Shown here piece by piece: positions 49,201 to 59,600 of a DNA stretch of 64,000 bases. Source of the DNA: Macrostomum lignano. Taxonomy: Eukaryota. A program made the translations under genes and the position numbers. The notes beneath the pieces are model-generated. The model worked only from the letters and a program-made list of their open reading frames with translations. It did no database searches and had not been told where the DNA came from. Position 1 is the first letter of the stretch. Each line of letters opens with the position of its first letter. The DNA is taken from positions 1 to 64,000 of the forward strand of contig NIVC01002400.1 of the NCBI GenBank assembly GCA_002269645.1, given 5' to 3'.

Positions 49201-49493
49201 TAACATTCGATTTGTCTGACTCAATATGCATGCAGCTACAAGCAAACCTAACTAAACTCACCAGACCGGACCAGGAGGCCCAGAGCTACAGTCGCGAGAT
49301 GCGAGTGTCCACGCCGAAAGTGAGCAGTTCGAGCACCGACGATTGGAACGCCACAATGAAGACCATGTTCCGGCAAGTCGACCAGTTCGAGGTGCCGCCC
49401 AGAGAGTACGCTGTCGACCCGGAATGGGTCAGCGAGGACGAGCGTATTGCTAAAGCCAGGGCAACTCGATTCTTGCAAGCCAGAGCTGTTTGA
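46216..49493 (+). CDS. Unassigned 200-aa protein, 3 exons
   Basis: Exons 46216-46279 (|gtaagt), 48104-48413 (|gtgagt) and 49265-49493 (CTAAC branch point, caccag|). Phases 1 and 2 match; total 603 nt ending in TGA. No family recognised. Confidence 0.75.
46400..47905. repeat. 23-bp minisatellite (GGATTTGACACTCATCTGACACC), about 65 copies, intron 1 of the unassigned gene
   Basis: Directly visible. Confidence 0.96.
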
Positions 49494-50009
49494 CCGGGGC
49501 AGGATATAAAAAAAACTATAATGAAAAAATGAAAAAAACAGTACACATTTTAATGTACTTTGCGAAAAGCGCCAAAATTTATTTAGAAGTATGCGTTTAT
49601 AAATTTATCTCTGACAATACCAAAAGCCAAATGTTTATTGTATTCTATAGCATAGAGCATAATTTTTTAGTAGAAAACCAACTGAAAATATTGAAATCTA
49701 TGTTATCCGGCCGTAAGAATTTATTTTCTCTGCATGCTTATTTAGCAAATACACAGTTTTGACTTTGAAAATAATATACAATTATTACATGTACCTAAAA
49801 CTTTTACAAATATTACAAGTTGAACCATATGATCATATGCTCGCTTGCTGGATGCTGCATGAAACTTGCCAGTTAGACATGCACAGCTGGTTACGACGCG
49901 TCTTTCTAATTCCATCTCTTTATGGCGCTAAACTAAATGGGTGTTTCCATGTCGACCCATGTGTACAGTACCTGCTTTGTATTTTCTAGTAAATCTTTTC
50001 TATTAATCG

Positions 50010-50245
50010 TGCCCTAGCTTACGGGCAGATGTGCAGCTGACAGTTCAGCCGCGGCATTTGTCGCTCGACGTACATGTATTTACCCCAGCTAATGCTAGTA
50101 ACGGATGCATGCAACTGGGTGAACTAAAGAAGGAATTCATATAGTTAAGTGTCTTGCTCAAGGAAGCAAATTGTTTCGCGTGGGTCGAGAATCAAAGCTC
50201 AAACTTTTCAGTCGTGATTCTGACGCTCTAATCACTAGGCTACAA
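50010..50245 (-). mobile_element. tRNA-derived SINE remnant (CORE/V/Meta-type central motif)
   Basis: The minus strand reads TAGCCTAGTGATTAGAGCG (A-box-like) ... TCCTTGAGCAAGACACTTAACT ... TCACCCAG...GCTGGGGTAA. Confidence 0.55.
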
Positions 50246-51483
50246 ATCTACATTACAATATCCATGCACTGCACTTTACATGAGTGCAGTGTATGTTTTT
50301 TGCACTCGTAAATATTCAATACATTTATATCAAGAAAATATATCAGAATGGTGTGGCTTGAAAGTACATAGACTCCACCCCATTGCCTTTTTATAAGCGA
50401 CTATATGAACATCGAACAGTATTTAAATCACCGTTAAATTGCATGAAAAGACCAAAATTGTCTATGCAAGCCCGCAAACAGGTGTATAAACTTAGTGGCG
50501 CAATTTTAACAATAAAGGAAAATAGCAATCGATTTATTCAATGCTCGGTTATAGTCCTAATGACCAATAAACTAGCATATCTGTATTATTAAAAGTTGAG
50601 CATTGCATTTGTAACGCGGTTTAATATCCGCGTAAAATATGAATATTTGTATTTGCGCCATTTTATTTTCGTGACTTTCTTGAATGCAAGTTTGTAAAAA
50701 GCTATCTAACAACCTTTTTTGAAATTTTTATATAACTTGCAGCTCTACTTTCATTATTAAAGGTAGAAATAAAAGCTTAAAATGTCGTCCATTCTTTTTA
50801 ACATTTGTTTCTATTTCCTAACAAATCTATTTCGACTCGAGGAATCTTAGAACTTTTTCATGATTTTTGCCACAACTGACAAAGTCAGTCAGACTATACT
50901 GACCTCAACATATGCATTACTAATTACTTTACTTTACTTGATAGTTTCTTAAGGGTTGGCCTTCTAAATAAGAGGGTTTCGTAGCTCGTTTCCCTGTCCG
51001 TCGTTTACGTTTAATTTAAGGATGAGGGTTGGCTTGACAGATGAGCAAAATTATATTTTATTAAGGATGTTTGACTATGTGTATGACTGTAAGAAACTAT
51101 CGAAGCAACAACAGTTAATTCGATTTTAATGCCATTTATTTATAATTGTAAGCCTAGGTACTATACGAAAGTGGTAGAAAAGCGTATTAACTTTATTACT
51201 TAACTAACTTGATTAACTTGATTTGATTTGAAGTCAAATTTTGTAGCAACATCATTTTATGTTTATTTATTCATACTGGTACTAGTAGCCCTAGCCAATA
51301 AGTAAAGGATTGCATTAACAACAATTTTACACTTTTTGTAAAAAAATTACTAATTCTGTAAAATTAGTAGCTCATAAAATTACATTATGAAATCTATATT
51401 TATGTGCAGCCAATCACTTAGAAAATTGTATGATTGAGAATAACTAATGCTAATAATTTAAATTTTAAGTTTTATATAGTATA

Positions 51484-52212
51484 TCTAATATAATAAAAAT
51501 GAGTTTTTTCTAAAATCACATACTAAAAATGGTTTGTCTATGCATATATATGATCAATTTTAGCTCTAGCCCAATTTAGAGGCTAAAAGCCTTTTTATTA
51601 GGCCATATCAAAATGATATACTAAAAAATTAAAAATAAACAAAAAGCCTTATAACTTCTATAATAATAAATCAACAAAAATATAAATTCCTAGATATTAA
51701 AAGCTTTCTATTTATTTTTATATAATATATATAGCCTTGTGACAGTATAATTCGTAGAAATATGTTTACTATATTTCCTTATCTCCCATGCATATTGTAC
51801 TATAATACTTGTATTCTTTAATTTATTTTAACAATATTCTATACATATTATTTTTGCGCTTGTGTTACTGTTGGATTCTTTGTTTTTGTAGCCTCATATG
51901 TATTTATTTTATTATATATATTTTTCATTCATATCATATTATTTCTTATAAAGTAGTTCTATCTATGTACATTTATTGACGTTATGATATTCTTACACAA
52001 TATATTCTATCAATTAATTTGTACATGTACATTGTTCATGGGAGGTTTGTCTAGTTTTTGGATTAGGGTGGTACTATTATGTTTACTCTAAATATACTCT
52101 TGCAGTCAGTGGCCACTCTTTCCCTTTGCTTTTTCTTTGCTCAGCTTCTCACTCAAGCTTGTGGGCCCCTTAGCTGTTGCATCAAATTGCTAGATGCATC
52201 AAATTAGGCTAG
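51484..52212 (+). mobile_element. Possible non-autonomous Helitron remnant
   Basis: A|TCTAATATAATAAAAATG 5' end; 3' hairpin TGCATC...GATGCA followed by CTAG|T. Confidence 0.35.
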
Positions 52213-52809
52213 TACCAATCCAACTATCCAAAATAATCCAACTATACTAAATATAAAAATATTAAATCTGCAAAGTTTGCTAAGGGTAGAATTGGCTACT
52301 GGATCATAAATTAATCAAATTATCTGCTACAACAAAGAAGCCATCTTCCCGCCTTTATTCATCATAGCCTAAATTGCTTATATAGCTTATATTGATTGTA
52401 CTAAGACTAAATTAAATTGAATTGAGCTTCCAAATAAATGTTATTTAGAGAAATTGTCAAATTTTGAGTGAATTTTACTAAATCTTTATAATATTTTTGA
52501 TTTAGTATTTAGTTAACCAATATATTATTCTGATAACATTTTAAATGCTTATAGCTTAAATCACTTAGTAAAAAGCAAACATGTACTCTTAAGCATGTAG
52601 ATAAAATTGTTTATTTTTATAGTTCTTGATATTGTATTTGAGAATAAAATACCCAATAGCGCTAATTTAATATGCTGTCCTGATATTTTTTGCATCCTTA
52701 TATCTATTGTATTTGCACTTGCAGTTCTACTCTCAGTAGGAATTTAGTATTATATAGCTAATTTCTTCACAACACTTGGATAAGAATAGCAGTTGTCGCT
52801 GAAGCACAA

Positions 52810-53592
52810 CAGGGGTTTTCTCTGATGAACAACAGGGGTTTTCTCTGAAGGACAACAGGGGCTGTCGCTGAAAGACAACAGGGGCTGTCGCTGAAGGACA
52901 ACAGGGGCTGTCGCTGAAGGACAACAGGGGCTGTCGCTGAAGGACAACAGGGGCTGTCGCTGAAGGACAACAGGGGCTGTCGCTGAAGGACAACAGGGGC
53001 TGTCACTGAAGGACAACAGGGGCTGTTGCTGAAGGACAACAGGGGCTGTCGCTGAAGGACAACAGGGGCTGTCGCTGAAGGACAACAGGGGCTGTCGCTG
53101 AAGGACAACAGGGTTTTCTCTGAAAGGACAACAGGGGCTGTCGCTGAAGGACAACAGGGGTTTTCTCTGAAAGGACAACAGGGGCTGTCACTGAAGGACA
53201 ACAGGGGCTGTTGCTGAAGGACAACAGGGGCTGTCGCTGAAGGACAACAGGGGCTGTCGCTGAAGGACAACAGGGGCTGTTGCTGAAAGACAACAGGGTT
53301 TTCTCTGAAAGGACAACAGGGGCTGTCACTGAAGGACAACAGGGGCTGTTGCTGAAGGACAACAGGGGTTTTCTCTGAAAGGACAACAGGGGCTGTCACT
53401 GAAGGACAACAGGGGCTGTTGCTGAAGGACAACAGGGGCTGTTGCTGAAGGACAACAGGGGCTGTCGCTGAAGGACAACAGGGGCTGTCGCTGAAGGACA
53501 ACAGGGGCTGTCGCTGAAGGACAACAGGGGCTGTCGCTGAAGGACAACAGGGGCTGTCGCTGAAGGACAACAGGGGCTGTTGCTGAAGGACA
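52810..53592. repeat. 23-bp minisatellite (CTGAAGGACAACAGGGGCTGTCG), about 34 copies
   Basis: Directly visible. Confidence 0.95.
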
Positions 53593-54097
53593 AAATAATA
53601 AGTGATATACCAGTGTATTCGTCAATCATAGCTTTTAGACTAGACTTGTAACCAATAACATTTGTCACCGCTTATTGAGCTAACTGCGTATTCAAGTTAG
53701 GCAACATTATGAGTCTGTGTTTTTCATCTTCATCATTGTGATGCGTAATTCTGTGATTGCTCCTAACTCGCTTTGAGCAAAGAAGAATCTATTTATAGCT
53801 CGGCTCATTGTCACTATTTGAAATTGATATTCTGCTATTCAAGTAAGCTAACATTTTCTAATCTTTTTAGTGATTTTTCATTCGATACACAAATTGGATT
53901 TTGCTCTCAGCTTTTTCCATTTTCACCTATATTCTGCTGATGCTTTCAATTTTAACATGAAATGGAGTCGCTAGATAATTGGATTGGCTTTACCTCTCAG
54001 ACCAGTTATTTTTAGACTACTACTTTGTAAGTTGAGCATGCTTATTGAACAGAATACTTTGTTTGTTTTAATTAAGAATATATTTCTCATAGAATTT

Positions 54098-54600
54098 AAA
54101 CTTATCAAAGAGTCAGCAAGAGTGGCGGCTTATCAAAGAGTTGGTGAGAGTGGCGGCTTATCAAAGAGTCAGCAAGAGTGGCGGCTTATCAAAGAGTCAG
54201 CAAGAGTGGCGGCTTATCAAAGAGTCAGCAAGAGTGGCGGCTTATCAAAGAGTCAGCAAGAGTGGCGGCTTATCAAAGAGTCAGCAAGAGTGGCGGCTTA
54301 TCAAAGAGTCAGCAAGAGTGGCGGCTTATCAAAGAGTCAGCAAGAGTGGCGGCTTATCAAAGAGTCAGCAAGAGTGGCGGCTTATCAAAGAGTCAGCAAG
54401 AGTGGCGGCTTATCAAAGAGTCAGCAAGAGTGGCGGCTTATCAAAGAGTCAGCAAGAGTGGCGGCTTATCAAAGAGTCAGCAAGAGTGGCGGCTTATCAA
54501 AGAGTCAGCAAGAGTGGCGGCTTATCAAAGAGTCAGCAAGAGTGGCGGCTTATCAAAGAGTCAGCAAGAGTGGCGGCTTATCAAAGAGTTGGTGATCGAG
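54098..54600. repeat. 28-bp minisatellite (GAGTGGCGGCTTATCAAAGAGTCAGCAA), about 18 copies
   Basis: Directly visible; a 28-aa repeat in all three frames confirms the 28-nt period. Confidence 0.95.
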
Positions 54601-55639
54601 AGTGGCGGGCGGCTCAGCACAGAATACTTTAGTTTTCAAAATCGATCGGCTTATATCGGCTTATAGCGTTAAATCCTGATTAAAAAAGTACAATAAGCAT
54701 TCAGTAAGAGAGAATCGTGCTTAATATTTACCTTCCCCGAAGCGTTGCATGGTAATACTCTACTCTACTATGTAAAATTGTAGTGCTCAAAATTTGAGCA
54801 GACTGGAAGCCTGTGTCATTAAATTATTCAGCAAATTGGGATCCTAGTTTCATAGTTTTAAAATCGTGCTGTCTCTGGTTTTCGTATCTAAGCCTTCATT
54901 CCCTAAAGTCTACTCCCCAGGGTGCACAGTTTTTTTGTTTCACAGTACTTGCTTGCTCTGGGTACAGCATTTTTTATTAGCCAGTCTAGAAGTTTGCGTG
55001 CACGTGTAGATTGGCGATCGGATCAGACCTCCACTGTCAGGGTCGTATAGGGAATCAAATTGAAATCGCTGTAAGATTTCTGTAGCCTCCTCCTCTCAGC
55101 CTCTATCCCTTCCTTCCCCACCCACTCTGCTCTTCCCGTCCAGAGTTTTCGTCCTTGTCTCCCTCTCCGTTGTCGCCCTCATCTCCCTTCTCTCTCTCTC
55201 TAAAGCGTCAAACCCGTTTGCAATTCGCCCTTATCAAGCCAGGCTCTTGCAAATCTGAAAGAAAAGGTCTGCTTAGAGACGTTCAGCTGAAGCTAATCTC
55301 TAGGATTAACTGGGAACCCGGGCGTTTTATTTTAAAAGTTTTCTTGTTTTAAAACTAGACTAGACTGCTTTTTGAAAATAATTAGATAGGACATGGAACG
55401 ACCAGTCTCCAGTAGAAGTAATTATGCTAATCATTTAGACGTGAAGTAAGCTATATGTTATATTTTGTTATATGTCGTTTGACTTTAGTTAATGAACACT
55501 GCTACAAGCTAAAGTAATTGCTTTTAAAATTTCAGATCCATTCCAAAGGCGCCAAGCTTTGAGAGCCTGTACAGCAACGATAAGTCCTTTGTTCCACCCG
55601 GAAGGTAAAGAGAGTATAGTCATGTTGGCGACAACAGCA

Positions 55640-56520
55640 CCCTACAGTACTATACAGCACCCTACAGTATTATACAGCGCCCTACAGTATTTACAGCGCC
55701 CTACAGTACTATACAGCAATCTAGACTTTCATACAGCAATTTACAGTACTATACAGCACCCTACAGTATTATACATCAACCTACAGTACTATACAGCACC
55801 CTACAGTACTATACAGCACCCTACAGTACTATACAGCACCCTACAGTATTATACAGCACCCTACAGTATTATACAGCACCCTTTACAGTACTATACAGCA
55901 CCCTACAGTACTATACAGCACCCTACAGTATTATACAGCACCCTTTACAGTACTATACAGCACCCTACAGTACTATACAGCACCCTACAGTATTATACAT
56001 CAACCTACAGTATTATACAGCACCCTTTACAGTACTATACAGCACCCTACAGTACTATACAGCACCCTTTACAGTACTATACAGCACCCTACAGTACTAT
56101 ACAGCACCCTACAGTATTATACATCAACCTACAGTATTATACAGCACCCTACAGTACTATACAGCACCCTACAGTATTATACAGCACCCTACAGTATTAT
56201 ACAGCACCCTACAGTACTATACAGCACCCTACAGTATTATACAGCTCCCTTTACAGTACTATACAGCACCCTACAGTACTATACAGCACCCTACAGTACT
56301 ATACAGCACCCTACAGTATTATACAGCACCCTACAGTATTATACAGCACCCTACAGTACTATACAGCACCCTACAGTATTATACAGCTCCCTTTACAGTA
56401 CTATACAGCACCCTACAGTACTATACAGCACCCTCTACATTACAATACAGCACCCTCTACATTACAATACAGAAACCTACAGTACTATACATTACAGAAT
56501 CCTACAGAATCCTACAGTAG
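55640..56520. repeat. 20-bp minisatellite (CACCCTACAGTACTATACAG) in a Tubby 5' intron
   Basis: Directly visible. Confidence 0.93.
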
Positions 56521-56682
56521 TTTACATAAAAAACGTACTGAACCTACAGCACTCATGACACAACAAATTACAGCAGCAGATGCCCCCTACAGCACCCTAC
56601 ATCCCCTACAAGTCAATCTGCCACCCACAGCAATCCATATCGAAAACCGCAAGCACCCCCGTTCCCTCTCGTCCCCAGCGTA

Positions 56683-59600
56683 ATGGACGAAGACGACCTT
56701 CGCGATCAGAGAAATCGCAAGCAGATGGAATTGGCCCAGCGCAAGGCCCAGAAGCGCATGGCCACCTCTACTGGCATTGTGCAAAAAAACGACCTGCGGC
56801 CCAACAGCGGCAGGCGCAGCGCTGGCAAGGAGAATGAGCGGTCGCCTCTGGTTGTTGGGGCCGCCGCTTCACCCTCCGGGAGAGAGCGGAGTCGCGACAG
56901 ATCGCATTTCGGTGAGGAAATCCCCTCTCTTCGTCTCTCTCCTTCTGCTGTCTACCTTGTACCTCTCTACCTCTTACCACTCCGTTCTACCACTCCCCTC
57001 TACCACTCCCCTCTACGCTTCCTCTCTACCCCTCACCTCTACCTCTCCCCCCTAACCTTTCCCTCTACCCTTCCCCTCTACATCTCTCCTCTACCCCTCC
57101 CTTCTACCTCTCCCCTATCTCATGATCTCCATGCCTAATTTTCTTTCCTTCTACTCGCTCTCCAACTCTTTCCTCTCTTCTCCATCCCTCCTCTCTCCCC
57201 TCTATCTCCATATCTCCCTCTCCCTGACTCCCTCTCTTCCTCGCCACTCTCCCTTTCATTCCGACTGTCACGTCCAGTCCAGATATGTTTTTTCATGCTC
57301 CGTTTTGCAGCCTACGACGGTCCGCAGTCCTACCAGATGGCCAACCCGGACGGCGTCACCACCCGGGTGCACGTGCTGAAAATCGACGCCTCGCCGCAGG
57401 GCGAATCCAAAGACTACGACTCGTCCGATAGCGACAGCAAAGACCGCGGACGAAGCGGCGGCGGCAGCGGCGGCAAAAGCAGAGGCGACAGAGGCGCTTC
57501 CAGCGATCGGCGCAACAAGAAACGACCGGAAGAGACTCGAATTTCGTCGGCTTCACCGTCAAGGGGGCCGCCAAGAAGGTCCGGCGGCGGCGGCAGACGA
57601 AGCGACGACGACGACGATGACGATGATGAAGATCGTCGAGACAGTCGCCAGGCGCCGCGTCGCCGCGGTCCCGATCGACTGACTGTCGACGGCCGCGACG
57701 ACAGACGCCGGCAGAGATCGTCGAGTCCGCAGGACGCTGGCGGCAAGCAGCGGCAGGCTCGACGGCGTCAAGATGACGAGGATGACAACGACGAAGATGA
57801 TGATGAAGATGAAGGCGCCGCCGGCGGTGGTCGCCGGGGCAATCTGGACGACGATGTGAGCGACGTGAGCGACGAGGACGAGACCCAGGTTGGGCCGATC
57901 CCGCGGAACAAATCCATGGACAGCATCCGGAATCACGGCGTGCGGCTGGACTCCGCGACAGATGTGAGTTGGCGGGCTGCTCCCTGTTCTACTCAGTGGT
58001 CCCGGGTTCGAATCCTCTTTGAGGATCTTGACTTAGCTGCAGGGGGGGCTCCGTGCATCCGGATGCAGCGAGGAGGCGTTGCCGCCCATTTCGCTAACCC
58101 CTGGCGACCACTGGCAGCTGGTGCTGCGGTGTTGCGCAGTGAGATCCCCCCTTCGGAGAGTCCAGGAGGTGGATGGTCGCTCGCCCGGTAGCCCGAGCTG
58201 GCATAGATTCTCGGGCCTGAAAACGTCGCAGAGGTCGGGGTTTGAGCCGAGGTAGGTGAGCCTGTCATTAGTAAAGGCGGGGCATTCACAGATAAAGTGC
58301 TCCGCATTCTCGACACCGGAGGGGCAGAATGGGCATTCCTCACTGCAGATTTTTCCCTGGAGGTGACGATGCCTGGCAAAACAGCCATGATTCGAGGGGG
58401 CCATGGTCACCGCCCTGATGTCCCTGCGGTTGAGTCCAAGCAGGGCCCTGCGCAGGGCGGAGGAAGGACAGGGGACAGCTGCGCGGGTTTGCCGGCAGTC
58501 TGGGGCGTTAGCCGACCTCTCCCTGTGCTTTGAAGCCACCCACTAGTTGATCGAGAAGAGGAGAAGAGGAGGAAGTTCGAGAGGGAATTTAGATATTGCG
58601 GGTTAGGACTGTAAGATAGGATTGTTTGAAATTTTGGAGCAAAAGTTACAAAGTTAACCAAGCTTCTGGGTTCGAATTCAAGAGTACTTTAATAGATGGT
58701 AGATCCTACCAAGGTAAAGTCCACATCTTTAGCAGTGCGTTGCAAGTGTATATGGGCTATATGTTTCTATTTTTAGATATTTCTCTGCAATTCTTTATTA
58801 CATACACGATCGGTTGATTCTAAGTAAGGGACGTAAGCCCAGTTGTCTAGGCACAGTGAAGTGTACATGCCTAACGATAAATAAAGTTAGGACCGCTGTA
58901 CACTCCTGCATGCGTTCATTGGATTCTTGAGATCTACGAGCTAGTAATATAAATTTGTGTAAATTATTCTATTTATAAGCCATATTACTATATATGATAG
59001 TAATTTATAAATTCGTACAGTATGTAGTGTTCTATATCTGAAAGACTTCCTACAGTGCCGACACTGCATTGTACTTATTTAGTACTTTAAAAATGTCATA
59101 AAAAGAGCTTTAGCAGTTTAGCAGACACTCTTCACTACTCCCCTCTCTGTCTGTGTTGGCAGATCTGGTAGAGCCGAGGTCCACAAGAGCTCACCTTTGT
59201 CTATTAAACCTTTGTTTGCCAATGCCTTTGTTAACTCTGCTGCTGCAGTCTGTGGGAGGAGAGGAGAATTCGGGGTTAAGGTAGGATTAGCAATTCACTG
59301 TAACTGCCGACTGGATGACCATTCATGGAGTTCTAGATGTGCGATCTGGAATAGGACTGATCAGTCATTCATGGAGTTCTAGATGCAGTGCAATCTAGAA
59401 TAGGACTGACCAGTCATTCATGGAGTTCTAGATGCAGTGCAATCTAGAATAGGACTGATCAGTCATTCATGGAGTTCTAGATGCAGTGCAATCTAGAATA
59501 GGACTGATCAGTCATTCATTGAGTTCTAGATGCAGTGCAATCTGGAATAGGACTGACCAGTCATTCATGGAGTTCTAGATGCAGTGCAATCTAGAATAGG

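Noticed and set aside
53600-53800. Minus-strand exon-like frame ending at a GT next to the 23-bp array
   Set aside because: In-frame stop, no homology recognised, and no compatible downstream exon.
57990-58020. tRNA gene
   Set aside because: Only a T-arm/B-box; no D-arm, A-box or acceptor stem.
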